Shown piece after piece: positions 9,786-19,794 of a DNA stretch of 64,000 bases. The DNA comes from an uncultured delta proteobacterium (lineage in GTDB: Bacteria > Desulfobacterota > Binatia > JACPRU01). Position numbers and translations under genes: made by a program. The stretch's first letter is position 1. Every line of letters begins with the position of its first letter. The notes beneath the pieces were generated by a model. That model was given only the letters and a program-made list of their open reading frames with translations. It searched no databases and had not been told where the DNA came from. The DNA lies in the NCBI GenBank assembly GCA_963745025.1, contig CAVUWD010000002.1, positions 96,001 to 160,000 on the forward strand, given 5' to 3'.

Positions 9786-11081
9786 GTGGTTGCGGCTCCG
9801 CGGGGCGTCCGTTACGAACCCTCCGTGGCGGCCGAGCTCGACAGTCGACGATGTCGCGTCGCCCGCATCATCGACCGGCTGAACATCGGTGGTCCCGCCA
9901 AGCACGTCACCTGGCTGACCGCCGGTCTCGAGGAGCGCGGCTTTGCGACGACCTTGATCACCGGCCGCGTGCCGCCGGGCGAGGGCGACATGGCATATTT
10001 CGCCGCCGAGGCGGGCATCACGCCGCTGGTGATCGACGACATGAGCCGCGAGCTCACGCCGCGAGACGTGATCGTCGCCTTCAAGCTCTTCGGCGTGCTT
10101 CGCCGCGTCCAACCCGCGATCGTCCACACCCACAAAGCGAAGGCTGGGGCGGTTGGCCGGGTCGCCGCCTGGCTCTACCGCTGGTCGACGCCGTCCGCCC
10201 TGATTCTCCGGCCGCGGCGCTGCGCGATCGTGCATACCTACCACGGGCACGTCTTCCACGGATATTTCGGCGCGCTCAAGTCCTGGGTGATCGTGGCGAT
10301 CGAGCGGCTGCTCGCGCGGACGACCGACCGGATCCTCGTGGTGAGCGAGCAGCAGCGTAGCGAGATCTGCGGGCGCTTCGGCGTCGGTCGGCCGGAGCAG
10401 TTTCGCGTGGTCCCCTTGGGGATCGACGTCGAGGAAGCGGCTCCCGCGCCCGGCTCGTTTCGGCGCGAGCTCGGCTTCAATGCGGTGACGCCGCTCGTCG
10501 CGATCGTCGGAAGACTCAGCGAGGTCAAGAACCACGCGATGTTTCTCGAAGCGGCCGCGCGGGTCCTCGCCATGGAGGACGAGACTTGCCGGGCTGCGTG
10601 CTTCATCGCCGTCGGGGATGGACATCTCCGCGCCGACCTGGAAGGCCGAGCGAGTGCGCTCGGCCTTGCGGACCGCGTGACGTTCACGGGCTTTCGCAAG
10701 GACGCGACGTCGCTCTATGCCGATTTCGACGTGGTCGCGCTGACGTCGGTCAACGAAGGCACGCCGGTGACGCTCATCGAGGCGATGCGCTCGGGCCGGG
10801 CCGTCCTCTCGACCGAGGTCGGCGGGGTGGTCGACATCCTCGGTGCGCGCGGCCCGTCGCTCGACGGCTTCACGGTCTGGGACCACGGCATCACGGTGCC
10901 GAGCGGAGACGTGCAAGCCTTCGCGCGGGGGCTTCGCTATCTGCTTCTCCATCCCGACGTTCGGCGCGAGATGGGGGAGCGCGGAAGGAGATTCGCCGCC
11001 GGGAGGCTGTCGGTCGAGCGTTTGCTCGACGACATCGAGAGCCTCTACCGTGAGCTGCTCGAGTCGGCGAGGGTCGTCTGA
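9786..11081 (+). CDS. Glycosyltransferase family 4 (true start may be GTG 9825)
   Basis: RLNIGGPA, HTHKAKAG, HTYHGH, GRLSEVKN, NEGTPVTLIEAM. Confidence 0.92.
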   Translation: MVAAPRGVRYEPSVAAELDSRRCRVARIIDRLNIGGPAKHVTWLTAGLEERGFATTLITGRVPPGEGDMAYFAAEAGITPLVIDDMSRELTPRDVIVAFKLFGVLRRVQPAIVHTHKAKAGAVGRVAAWLYRWSTPSALILRPRRCAIVHTYHGHVFHGYFGALKSWVIVAIERLLARTTDRILVVSEQQRSEICGRFGVGRPEQFRVVPLGIDVEEAAPAPGSFRRELGFNAVTPLVAIVGRLSEVKNHAMFLEAAARVLAMEDETCRAACFIAVGDGHLRADLEGRASALGLADRVTFTGFRKDATSLYADFDVVALTSVNEGTPVTLIEAMRSGRAVLSTEVGGVVDILGARGPSLDGFTVWDHGITVPSGDVQAFARGLRYLLLHPDVRREMGERGRRFAAGRLSVERLLDDIESLYRELLESARVV

Positions 11082-11228
11082 GACCCGTGTGCCGTGGCTT
11101 CCTTCATTCTCATTCTTCTCGGCAGCGAGCCCGTAGTCGCTGAAGAAGCCGTCGTTGCTCTGCGCCGTTTTTCGGCGACTCTGGCACAGAGATGCTACTG
11201 GGCCTCGGCTGCTGAACGCGTAGTGTCG

Positions 11229-11278
11229 CGTCCCTCTCCCCAACGGGACTACACGTCCCTCTCCCCAACGGGACTACA
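11229..11278. repeat. Exact tandem duplication of a 25-bp hairpin-containing unit
   Basis: CGTCCCTCTCCCCAACGGGACTACA x2 with an internal GTCCC/GGGAC stem. The second copy contains the stop of the adjacent minus-strand gene. Confidence 0.85.
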
Positions 11279-12437
11279 CGAACGAGGTCCCGGCGCTCAG
11301 CCCGAAGTCGGGCCAGGCCCCGGTGACGATCGATTCGAAGATGCCGTGGCCCGTGGCGTCGCCCTCGCGCACGCGCACGATCGAGTCGCGCAATTGATGG
11401 ATGCGTCGCAGCGTCTGCGGCTCGGTGGTGTCGGAGATGCGCTCGCCGTCGATGTGCCGCTCGCCGCGCCACATGCCGTGCTTCTTGCCGTCGAAGCCGA
11501 GATAGAGCGCGGTGCCGAGATAGAAGCCCGATTCGCCGACCACCTCGAGCTCGACGGTGCGGGTCTCGCCGGAGAGCATGTCGAAGTGGATCGCGCCCTT
11601 CTTCGGGCGGCGGGTACGGTCGTCGTACTGGAGCTTGGGGCGCACGCGCCCGATGCGCTCCTGGGTGCCATCGGCGTTGTTGAGATAGCCGGAGAAGTAG
11701 AAGGGGCGGCCGCCCCGCAGCTGCAGGTAGTAGTGGAACTCGTAGCGGGTGCCGTCGGGGCGCTCGAGCAGGAGCGGCGTCCAGTGAAGGAGGAACGACG
11801 AGTCGCCGAACGAGCGATCGCCGAAGTCGCGGGCGGGGCGGATGTCGGTTACGGGCGCGCCGACGTCGAGCCGGACGCCCCACGAGTGGTCGCGGAACGC
11901 GAACCAGTCGTCGGGCCGGATGTTTTCCTTCTTGCCGTCGATCGCGACCCAGCCGGAGATGGTGCCGCCCTGGTGATAGCGGACGACGTTGGAGACGATT
12001 CGGAAGCCGTGCTCGTCGCGCTGCGCGTGGCGATCCTCGAAGTAGGGCGGGAGCTTCTTCTCGAAGGTGACGTCGAACGTCAGGGGGAGAACGTCATTCT
12101 CGTCGAGGCGGATGCGGACTTTGCTGAGCGGCTCGACGACCTCGTAGGTCATGGGGCCGACCGCCGTCCGGGTCGGGTCGCTGGCGAGCTCGCGGCTGGC
12201 GCGGACGGTCCACTGCTCGTTGCCGCGGGAGATGCCGGCAAAGCCGTCCATGACGTTACGGTTCTGGTAGCGGCCGATGCCGAAGTCGATTTGTAGCGAG
12301 CCATCCTTCTTGGGGATCGAGAGCCAGATCTTCTCGGTCCAGGAGAGGTCGGATTCGGCGACGGTGGCGAAGGTGTCGACGATTTGGTGGTTCAGCGCTT
12401 CGTCGACGGAAAGGAGCTTGCCGATGTTGGGGGTCAT
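11274..12437 (-). CDS. Conserved hypothetical protein, tocopherol-cyclase/AttH-like beta fold (387 aa)
   Basis: SD GGAGG before ATG 12437; RYHQGG and FRDHSWGVR motifs typical of this group. Confidence 0.7.
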   Translation of the reverse strand: MTPNIGKLLSVDEALNHQIVDTFATVAESDLSWTEKIWLSIPKKDGSLQIDFGIGRYQNRNVMDGFAGISRGNEQWTVRASRELASDPTRTAVGPMTYEVVEPLSKVRIRLDENDVLPLTFDVTFEKKLPPYFEDRHAQRDEHGFRIVSNVVRYHQGGTISGWVAIDGKKENIRPDDWFAFRDHSWGVRLDVGAPVTDIRPARDFGDRSFGDSSFLLHWTPLLLERPDGTRYEFHYYLQLRGGRPFYFSGYLNNADGTQERIGRVRPKLQYDDRTRRPKKGAIHFDMLSGETRTVELEVVGESGFYLGTALYLGFDGKKHGMWRGERHIDGERISDTTEPQTLRRIHQLRDSIVRVREGDATGHGIFESIVTGAWPDFGLSAGTSFV

Positions 12438-12687
12438 GGTGGGTCCTCCGATCTGTGGTCGTAACCCTGTTGGGAGATGGCCGGCAAGTGATCGAAGGGA
12501 GGAGTGCGATGATCGAGTGGGCGGTGGGGATTCTGCGACGGCGGGTATGACCGCGTCGAGGGGTCCGCGAGCTGCTGCGGGCTCGCATGCCGCTCCATGA
12601 TGAAGAAGGGCGAGCCGATCGGTCTTGCGTTGTTTCGACTGCGAAGGATAACTCTTTGCGGCTACGCCTATGAGAAAGGAGCCACCC

Positions 12688-13068
12688 GTGTCTGATCGAA
12701 GCCGATTCGAGAAAGGAATGGCGATCGTCCAGAAGCTCTTCGGCTCGGCCGCAGCCCGCGCCAAGATGCCGGAAGACTTTCGACGGATTACCGTCGAGAA
12801 CCTCTTCGGCGACATCTGGTCTCGGCCAGGGCTGGAGCTTCAGGAGCGCTCGATGATCACGCTCGCGGCGCTGATCGTGCTGGGGCGCGAGGCGGAGCTT
12901 CGTCTGCATCTTCGTGGAGCACGAAACCTCGGCATTTCTCGGGCGAAGATCGAGGAGATCATGATTCACCTCGCCCACTACGGGGGCTGGCCGGTAGCGG
13001 CTAGCGGCCTGCGCGTGCTCGACGAGGTGTTCGCCGCGTTGGAAGCCGAGGCGAAGGCGAGCGGCTGA
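12688..13068 (+). CDS. Carboxymuconolactone decarboxylase (CMD) family protein
   Basis: FGDIWSRPGL, RSMITLAAL, HLRGA, HLAHYGGWP; SD AGGAG before GTG 12688. Confidence 0.9.
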   Translation: MSDRSRFEKGMAIVQKLFGSAAARAKMPEDFRRITVENLFGDIWSRPGLELQERSMITLAALIVLGREAELRLHLRGARNLGISRAKIEEIMIHLAHYGGWPVAASGLRVLDEVFAALEAEAKASG

Positions 13069-13329
13069 GCGATCGGGACCACACCTCAGGGAGGGTCACC
13101 GCTCGCGGATTTCTGCGTTGGGGTGCATGCCGCCATCGAGCGCCTGCGGCCGCCTGTTCGCGTACCGAGGATTCGACGTGGAGCGATGTCTCGCGTATAT
13201 CCCTGGGCGTGAACCCGCTGCGCTTACTGTTCGAGGTTTCGGCGACGCGCGGGGACTGCCTCGACGGTTGCTGCGAGTGGCTCCGTCCGCGGCTCGCCGG
13301 GCGCAGGCGATAGAGGGGAAGGAACGGCC

Positions 13330-14043
13330 ATGGCGGCGGTGCTGATCCTCGGCTTCTTTCTCGGCGTCAGGCATGCGCTCGAGGCCGACCATGTGGCGGC
13401 GGTGGCTTCGCTCGCCACTCGTTCGTCGTCGTTGGCGAACACGATCCGGGTCGCCGTTGCGTGGGGCGTCGGCCACACGACGACGCTACTGGTCTTCGGG
13501 TCGGTATTGCTCGCGCTCGACGCCTCCCTCTCACCCGGCGCTGCTCGCGTGCTCGAGTCGGCAGTCGGTGTGATGCTGATCGTCCTCGGAGCCGACGTGC
13601 TTCGCCGCTCACGCCGCCAGCGGGTGCATCTGCACGTTCACGAGCACGGGGACGGTAAGCGCCACGTTCACGCGCACGCCCACGAAGAGCGGGCGGTGCA
13701 CGACCCCACGCATCATGAACACGAGCACGTTCGCGGTCTCCTTCCCCGGGCTCTGCTGGTCGGAAGCGTGCACGGAATGGCGGGAACCGCCGCCCTCACG
13801 CTGCTCTCCCTTCAGGCGCTTCACTCGATCGTCTGGGCGGCCGTATATCTGGCGCTGTTCGGCTTTGGCTCGATTCTCGGGATGATGCTCTTTTCGATGG
13901 TGATCTCTCTGCCGCTCCGATTGTCGGCGCGGCATCTGGCCTGGGCGTCGAGCGGGCTCGAGGCGGCGCTCGGCGTGGTCACGATTCTGCTCGGCTGCTG
14001 GATCGCGCTCGAGGCGACGGTTCTCGGGGCGGCGCCCGGCTAG
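13330..14043 (+). CDS. UreH/HoxN-like nickel/cobalt transporter with His-rich loop
   Basis: RHALEADH, WGVGH, HLHVHEHGDGKRHVHAHAH, GSVHGMAG. Confidence 0.88.
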   Translation: MAAVLILGFFLGVRHALEADHVAAVASLATRSSSLANTIRVAVAWGVGHTTTLLVFGSVLLALDASLSPGAARVLESAVGVMLIVLGADVLRRSRRQRVHLHVHEHGDGKRHVHAHAHEERAVHDPTHHEHEHVRGLLPRALLVGSVHGMAGTAALTLLSLQALHSIVWAAVYLALFGFGSILGMMLFSMVISLPLRLSARHLAWASSGLEAALGVVTILLGCWIALEATVLGAAPG

Positions 14044-14322
14044 ACGTTGCCGCCGAGGTTCCGCAAATGACGATGCCGGAGAGCGCCCGTTACTTCGCAC
14101 GCGGCGTGACATCCGTTGAACGCAAGTGCTCATTTCCGCTAGACGGGCCGATCTGAGGCAAATCCTTACACCGACCCAGCGAAACGGATACCGAAAAGGA
14201 GCATACCAAGCCGTGGACAGCGAAGACCGTCCTTCCGTTCCCTCCGATATCGTGCGCGATACTCCAGCGCGCCAAATTCGTGATCGTGTCCGGTTGACCA
14301 ACCCGGTTAGGTTGGCGCTCGT

Positions 14323-15750
14323 ATGAATACCGACTTCGTCATTGGTACGGAACAGCGTCCCCTGCGAGTCGCCATCGTGGGGTCGGGCCCCGGCGGCTTC
14401 TACGCTCTGCAGTCGCTGCTCGACCGTGCTCCCTGGCGCGCCACGTGTGACATGTTCGATCGCCTGCCGACCCCTTACGGTCTGGTGCGCGGAGGGGTTG
14501 CCCCAGACCATGCGAACATCAAGGCCGTCATCAAGGTCTACGAGAAGCTCGGCCGCGACTCACGGTTTCGCTTCTTCGGCAACGTGATGCTCGGCAGGGA
14601 CATCCAGGTCACGGACCTTCGCTCGCACTACGACGCGATCGTCTACGCCATGGGCAACGAGAGCGACACCAAGCTGGGGGTTCCCGGCGAGGATTTGCCC
14701 GGCTGCCACTCGGCGACCGATTTTGTCGGCTGGTACAACGGCCACCCCGATTTCTTGCAGAAGTCGTTCCGCCTGGACGTCGAGAGCGTGGCGGTGGTGG
14801 GGCTGGGTAACGTCGCCATGGACGTCGTCCGTATTCTCGCGCGCGACCCGGAGGAGCTCGCCCCGACCGACATCGCCCAGTACGCCCTCGATGCGCTGCG
14901 CGAGGTGCGCCGGTTGAAGCGGATCTACGTCATCGGGCGACGCGGGCCGGTGCAGGCGGCTTTTTCGCCCAAGGAGATAAAGGAGATCGGGGATCTCAGC
15001 CGCTCGGACCTCATCGTGGCGCCCGAGGAAGTCGCCTTCGAGGCAACTCCCGAGCAGCGCGCCGCTTGGGACAAGGACACGCAGCAAAACGTCGAGTACC
15101 TGCTCGCCAAGGCGAAGGAACCCACGGCGGGGAGCGGAAAGCCGCGTCAGGTTATCCTGCGCTTCCTCGTCTCGCCGGTCGAGTTTCTCGCGGGACCAGA
15201 CGGCGCCGTGGCGAAGGTGAAACTGGAGAAGAACGCGCTACGTTACGACGACAAGGGGCAGGCGCGGGCGCACGGAACCGGCGAGTTCGTCACGCTGGAG
15301 GCCGAGCTCGTGATGAAGGCCGTCGGCTACCGCGGCATCCCGGTTCCCGGCGTCCCTTTCGACGAACGCAAGGGGATCATCCCCAACGTCGACGGCCGCG
15401 TCGTCGCAGGTACGCAGAGCCGGCAGCCGGTGCCCGGCGAGTACGCCGTGGGTTGGGCGAAGCGCGGGCCGACGGGGCTCATCGGCACCAACAAACCGGA
15501 CTCCGTCGCGACCGTCGACGCCATCGCGTCGGACTTCTCGGGAAAGGCTCCGCCGCCGCGGACGGCGTCCACCCCGGCGCCCGAGGCCATGCCCGAGCTG
15601 CTGCGCTCGCGGGGCGTGCGTTACGTGAGCTTCGAGGACTGGAAGCGCATCGACGCCGAGGAGATCGCCCGCGGCAAGGCCAAGGGAAAAGTGCGCGAGA
15701 AGCTTCTCCACCTCGACGAGTTCCTGGCCTTCGTCAAAGAGCGTGCCTAG
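14323..15750 (+). CDS. fprA: NADPH-ferredoxin (adrenodoxin-type) reductase
   Basis: VGSGPGG, PYGLVRGGVAPDH, FVGWYNGHP, GLGNVAMD, GWAKRGPTGLIGTN. Confidence 0.92.
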   Translation: MNTDFVIGTEQRPLRVAIVGSGPGGFYALQSLLDRAPWRATCDMFDRLPTPYGLVRGGVAPDHANIKAVIKVYEKLGRDSRFRFFGNVMLGRDIQVTDLRSHYDAIVYAMGNESDTKLGVPGEDLPGCHSATDFVGWYNGHPDFLQKSFRLDVESVAVVGLGNVAMDVVRILARDPEELAPTDIAQYALDALREVRRLKRIYVIGRRGPVQAAFSPKEIKEIGDLSRSDLIVAPEEVAFEATPEQRAAWDKDTQQNVEYLLAKAKEPTAGSGKPRQVILRFLVSPVEFLAGPDGAVAKVKLEKNALRYDDKGQARAHGTGEFVTLEAELVMKAVGYRGIPVPGVPFDERKGIIPNVDGRVVAGTQSRQPVPGEYAVGWAKRGPTGLIGTNKPDSVATVDAIASDFSGKAPPPRTASTPAPEAMPELLRSRGVRYVSFEDWKRIDAEEIARGKAKGKVREKLLHLDEFLAFVKERA

Positions 15751-15787
15751 ACGGGCGGTTTGAATTCCGCGTGGGTCGCAAGCAGCG

Positions 15788-16948
15788 ATGAGCCCCGGCG
15801 AAGGAATCCGCTTGGGGATCGCCGTTTCGCTGAGCGGGCGCTATGCGGCGTTCGGGCGGCAGGCCCTCGAGGGGTTGAGATGCTTCGTGCGGGAGCGCAA
15901 TCGGGCGGGTGGCGTGAGAGACCCGAGAGCCAATCGCATGGTCCCGCTCATGCTGCTCGCCGAGGATGATTGCAGCGACGGTCGGTGCGCTCGGCGAAGC
16001 GTCGAGAAGCTGATTCGTCGAGACGCGATCGATCTGCTGATCGGTCCCTACGGCAGCGGCCCCACTCTGGCAGCCGCCGAAGTCGCGGAACGCTGCCGCT
16101 ACGTGCTCTGGAACCACGGCGGCTCCTCCGACGAGATCTTCCGGCGCGGATACCACTGGACGGTCGGGATCATCTCTCCGGCTTCGCAGTATCTGATCGC
16201 GGTTCTCGACCTCTGCCGCTCCCTGGACCCGTCTCTCCGCAAGGTCGCGCTTTTTGCGGCGAAGACGGGCTTCGCATCGCAGGTCGCCGCCGGTGCCCTC
16301 GACTGGATCCGGCGAGCGGGGCTCGAGCTGACCGCGAGGCGCTTCTACGAATCCGGTATGAACGACTTCGCGCCGCTCCTCGTCGGGCTCGAGGAAGATC
16401 CGCCGGACGTTCTCGTCGGCGCGGGTCGTTTCGAAGACGATCTTCTGCTCGGGCGACAGCTCGCCGAATCGAAGCCGCCGATCAAGGCGGCGGGACTGGT
16501 CGGCGCGGCGGTCGGTGAGTTCGCGGGAGCACTGGGGGGAGCCTCGGAGGGCTTCTTCGGGCCCAGTCAGTGGGAGCCCGGAGTGGAGTACGCGGTGGAC
16601 TGTGGACCGACGGCCGAGGACTTCCGCGCCAGCTACGCGAGATCCGGGCAGGGATCGATCGATTACCCCGCCGCGCAGGGCTACGCCGGCGGCCTCATCG
16701 CGATTCGCTGCGTCGAGGAAGCAGCCTCCCTCGACCAGGCGGCTCTCCGCGAGGCCGCCGGCCGGCTTCGCTGCACGACCTTCTACGGGCCGTTCGCGAT
16801 CGATCCGCCGACCGGACGCCAGACTGCCCACTCGTTGGTGGTTGCGCAGTGGCAAAACGGCGAGAAGAAGGTGGTCTGGCCGCCTGCCGCTGCCGAGAGC
16901 CGAGCCGACTATCCCGCTTCTCCTGGACGCCGTCGATCACCGGGGTAG
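15788..16948 (+). CDS. Branched-chain amino-acid-type ABC substrate-binding protein (no permease in window)
   Basis: SLSGRYA, EDDCSD, LIGPYGSG, TFYGPFAID, QWQNG. Confidence 0.85.
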   Translation: MSPGEGIRLGIAVSLSGRYAAFGRQALEGLRCFVRERNRAGGVRDPRANRMVPLMLLAEDDCSDGRCARRSVEKLIRRDAIDLLIGPYGSGPTLAAAEVAERCRYVLWNHGGSSDEIFRRGYHWTVGIISPASQYLIAVLDLCRSLDPSLRKVALFAAKTGFASQVAAGALDWIRRAGLELTARRFYESGMNDFAPLLVGLEEDPPDVLVGAGRFEDDLLLGRQLAESKPPIKAAGLVGAAVGEFAGALGGASEGFFGPSQWEPGVEYAVDCGPTAEDFRASYARSGQGSIDYPAAQGYAGGLIAIRCVEEAASLDQAALREAAGRLRCTTFYGPFAIDPPTGRQTAHSLVVAQWQNGEKKVVWPPAAAESRADYPASPGRRRSPG

Positions 16949-16959
16949 GTTACAGCCGC

Positions 16960-17784
16960 ATGCAGCCGCCGGACCCGCTGACGCGCCTCCTTCGCGGCCT
17001 CGATCTCGAGGAGATCCGCGCGGACGTCTTCCGCGCCCGAACCGGCGGAGGCACGGAACGGCTCTTCGGCGGGCTTCTTCTCGCCCAGGCGGTGATCGCC
17101 GCCGGAAGAACGATCACGGGCAGGAATCTTCACTCGCTGCACGCCTCGTTTCTGCGCCCGGGTCGGTCCCGGGTGCCGCTCGAGCTCGCCGTCGAGCGTC
17201 TGCGCGACGGGCGAAGCTTCAGCGCGCGACGGGTGACCGGAATCCAGGCCCATGACGTGACGATCGTCGCCACGGCGAGCTTCACTCGTCCAGGCGAAGG
17301 CGTCTCACACCAAGACCCGATGCCGGAGGCGCCGGATCCGCAGGGTCTCCCCGACTGGGAAGATCTCCGCGCGGCGATGCTTGGAACCGAGCCCCGCCGC
17401 GTCGCGGTCGAGCTTCGCGTCTGCGACGCCGATCCCGAGATCGCCGGTGTCCGCCTGCCGGCCTATCGCCGCGTGTGGATCCGTCCGCGTGGAGAGCTCC
17501 CCGACGACCCGTTGCTCCATGCGGCGATGTTCGTGTTCGCGACGGACCGGACGCTCCTTCGGGTGGCGGCACGCCCTCACGGCCCGATCTGGCGCGTCCG
17601 CCACGCCGCGAGTCTCGATCACGCCGTGTGGCTGCACCATGTCGCGAGATTCGACGACTGGGTGCTGTACGTCTGCGAGAGCCCGATCGCCGAGAGCGGA
17701 CGAGCGCTCGCGCTCGGCGCGATGTACGCTCGCGACGGTCGCCGTCTCCTGTCGGTCGCTCAGGAGGGGCTGCTGCGCTTCTGA
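16960..17784 (+). CDS. tesB: Acyl-CoA thioesterase II
   Basis: LFGGLLLAQA, HSLHASFLRPG, RDGRSFSARRV, SLDHAVWLH, AQEGLLR. Confidence 0.9.
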   Translation: MQPPDPLTRLLRGLDLEEIRADVFRARTGGGTERLFGGLLLAQAVIAAGRTITGRNLHSLHASFLRPGRSRVPLELAVERLRDGRSFSARRVTGIQAHDVTIVATASFTRPGEGVSHQDPMPEAPDPQGLPDWEDLRAAMLGTEPRRVAVELRVCDADPEIAGVRLPAYRRVWIRPRGELPDDPLLHAAMFVFATDRTLLRVAARPHGPIWRVRHAASLDHAVWLHHVARFDDWVLYVCESPIAESGRALALGAMYARDGRRLLSVAQEGLLRF

Positions 17785-17924
17785 GGCGTGCGGATGAGAA
17801 CGGCGTCAGCAAGAGGGAAATTATCCCTCTTGGATTTTCGGCGACCCATCATTCTCGAATCATTGCGACCGTGGGCCGTCTATCTCAGGAGAGGCAGCGC
17901 GTCCAAGCGGCCAACGAGGAAGCC

Positions 17925-19692
17925 ATGGAACCCATGCTGGTAGGAGTCGGGACCGCGCTCGGGGCGCACCGTTACCGGCAAGAGGAACTGATCGAGGGCT
18001 TCCGAGGACTCTGGAGCGCGGACGGCCGCGAGTTTGCCCCGGTCGAACGCTTCCACCGCGCGGTTTGCGTCGCGGCCCGCCATCTCGCTCTGCCGATGGA
18101 AGCCTATCCGCTGCGGAGCTTCGGTGAGGCTGCCCGGGTCTTCCTCGACGCCGGCACCGATCTCGCCGAACGGGCTACGGCCGAGGCGCTCGACGCTGCT
18201 CGCTTTTGGCCCGCTGATGTCGACGCTCTTTTCTTCACCACGGTTACCGGCGTCGCCGCTCCGACCCTCGACGTCCGCCTGGCAAACCGCCTGCGCTTTC
18301 GCTCCGATTTGAAGCGCTTGCCATTTTTCGGATTCGGCTGCGTCGGTGGGGCGAGCGGACTCGCGCGCGTCTACGACTATCTACTTGGATGGCCGGATCA
18401 CGTCGCGGTTCTGTTGTCCGTCGAACTCTGTTCTCTCGGCGAAAGCGCAATGGGATGGGAGGTCGGTGCCGCGGGCTTCTCCGTGGTCCTGTCGCCGACC
18501 GTGCCGATGCTCGTGCGCGAGAACATCGGCAAGAACGTCGACGAGTTCCTGACCGCCCACGGACTTCGCCGCTCGGACATCCGCGCGTGGATCTGCCATC
18601 CCGGAGGACCGAAGATCCTGAATGCTCTGGCCGAGACTCTGGAGCTCGAGCAGGGAGAGCTCGACCTCACCTGGCGATGTCTCCGCGATCTCGGGAACAT
18701 CTCGAGCGCTTCCGCGACTGCGCGCGCTTCCGTTCGAAAGCGTGTACAGCCGTAACGAGAGCAACCCGGAGGTCGACGTCCGCCCGCACGAGGTCGCCGC
18801 CGTGATGTACACTTCCGGCACGACGGGTCGTCCAAGGGCGTGATGATGCCGCACGCGCAGGGCTACTTCGCTTCCGACGAAGGCGCGACCTGGTCGACTC
18901 GGCGAGGACGACGTCTACTACACCTGCAGCCCGTTCTTCCACGTCAACGCGCAGATGCTCACCGTCTATCCGTGTCTGATCGTCGGCGCCCAGGCGGTGA
19001 TCTATCCATACTTCAGTGCCGGCGAGTGGATCAATCAGATCCGCGCGTCGGGCGCCACCGTCGCCAACTTTCTCGGCGTGATGATGGACTTCATCTGCCG
19101 GCAGCCGCCCAGCGCCGAGGACCGTGACAACCGGCTGCGCTGCGTCTTCTCCGTGCCCACGCCAGCCGGCCTCGTCGACGCGTTCAAGCGGCGCTTCGAT
19201 GTCGAGGCCACCGTCGAGGCCTACGGTATGACGGAGATCTCGCTGCCGATCATGCTGCCCTACGGCGAGTATCGGCCGGGCGCCTCGGGAAGGCCGTGGC
19301 CGACTGGTTCGACGTGCGCATCATCGACCCGGACACCGACGAGGAGCTGCCGCCGGGCCAAGTCGGTGAGCTCGTCGTGCGCCACAAAGAGCCCTGGACC
19401 CTCAATGCCGGCTACCTCGGCATGCCCGAGAAGACCGCCGAGGTATGCCGCAACCTCTGGTTCACGGGAGACGCACTGCGGCGTGACGAGGACGGCTACT
19501 TCTACTTCGTCGACCGCATCAAGGATGCGCTGCGCCGGCGCGGAGAACATCTCGAGCGCTTCCGCGCTCTTCGTGTTGCGGGCGACCCTCGCGGAGGGAA
19601 CCTGGCGGCCGGGCTCTCCGGGACTTCTCCTCGCCATGGGACCTGGCTTCTCGGCGGAGCTCGTTCTGCTGAGGAACAGCGGCGAGGCGTGA
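17925..19692 (+). pseudogene. Type III polyketide synthase (SrsA/BpsA-like), internally deleted and split by an insertion
   Basis: Catalytic motifs FGCVGG, CHPGG and GNISSAS in 17925-18716. The C-terminus ALFVL...AMGPGFSAELVLL resumes at 19545-19692. The usual LFGDGA segment between ELCSL and AMGW is absent. Confidence 0.88.
18717..19566 (+). pseudogene. Internal fragment of an ATP-dependent acyl-CoA ligase (CaiC-like), multiply frameshifted
   Basis: MYTSGTTG, PFFHVNAQ, EAYGMTE, TGD, YFVDRIKDALRRRGENISS distributed over different frames. Confidence 0.88.
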
Positions 19693-19794
19693 GCAGCGAG
19701 ACACTCTCTACTGTCGCCGGCAGCTTGAGCGCGAGACTGCTAGGTGGACCAGGCCTCTGCAAGCACACGTTCTGCTGCGGAACAGCGGCGAGGC

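Noticed and set aside
11229-11278. Hairpin repeat as a CRISPR array
   Set aside because: Only two copies, no spacer between them and no cas genes.
12688-13068. CMD protein as a second selenoprotein or AhpD peroxidase
   Set aside because: No CxxC/UxxC motif, and its TGA falls at the natural end of the family.
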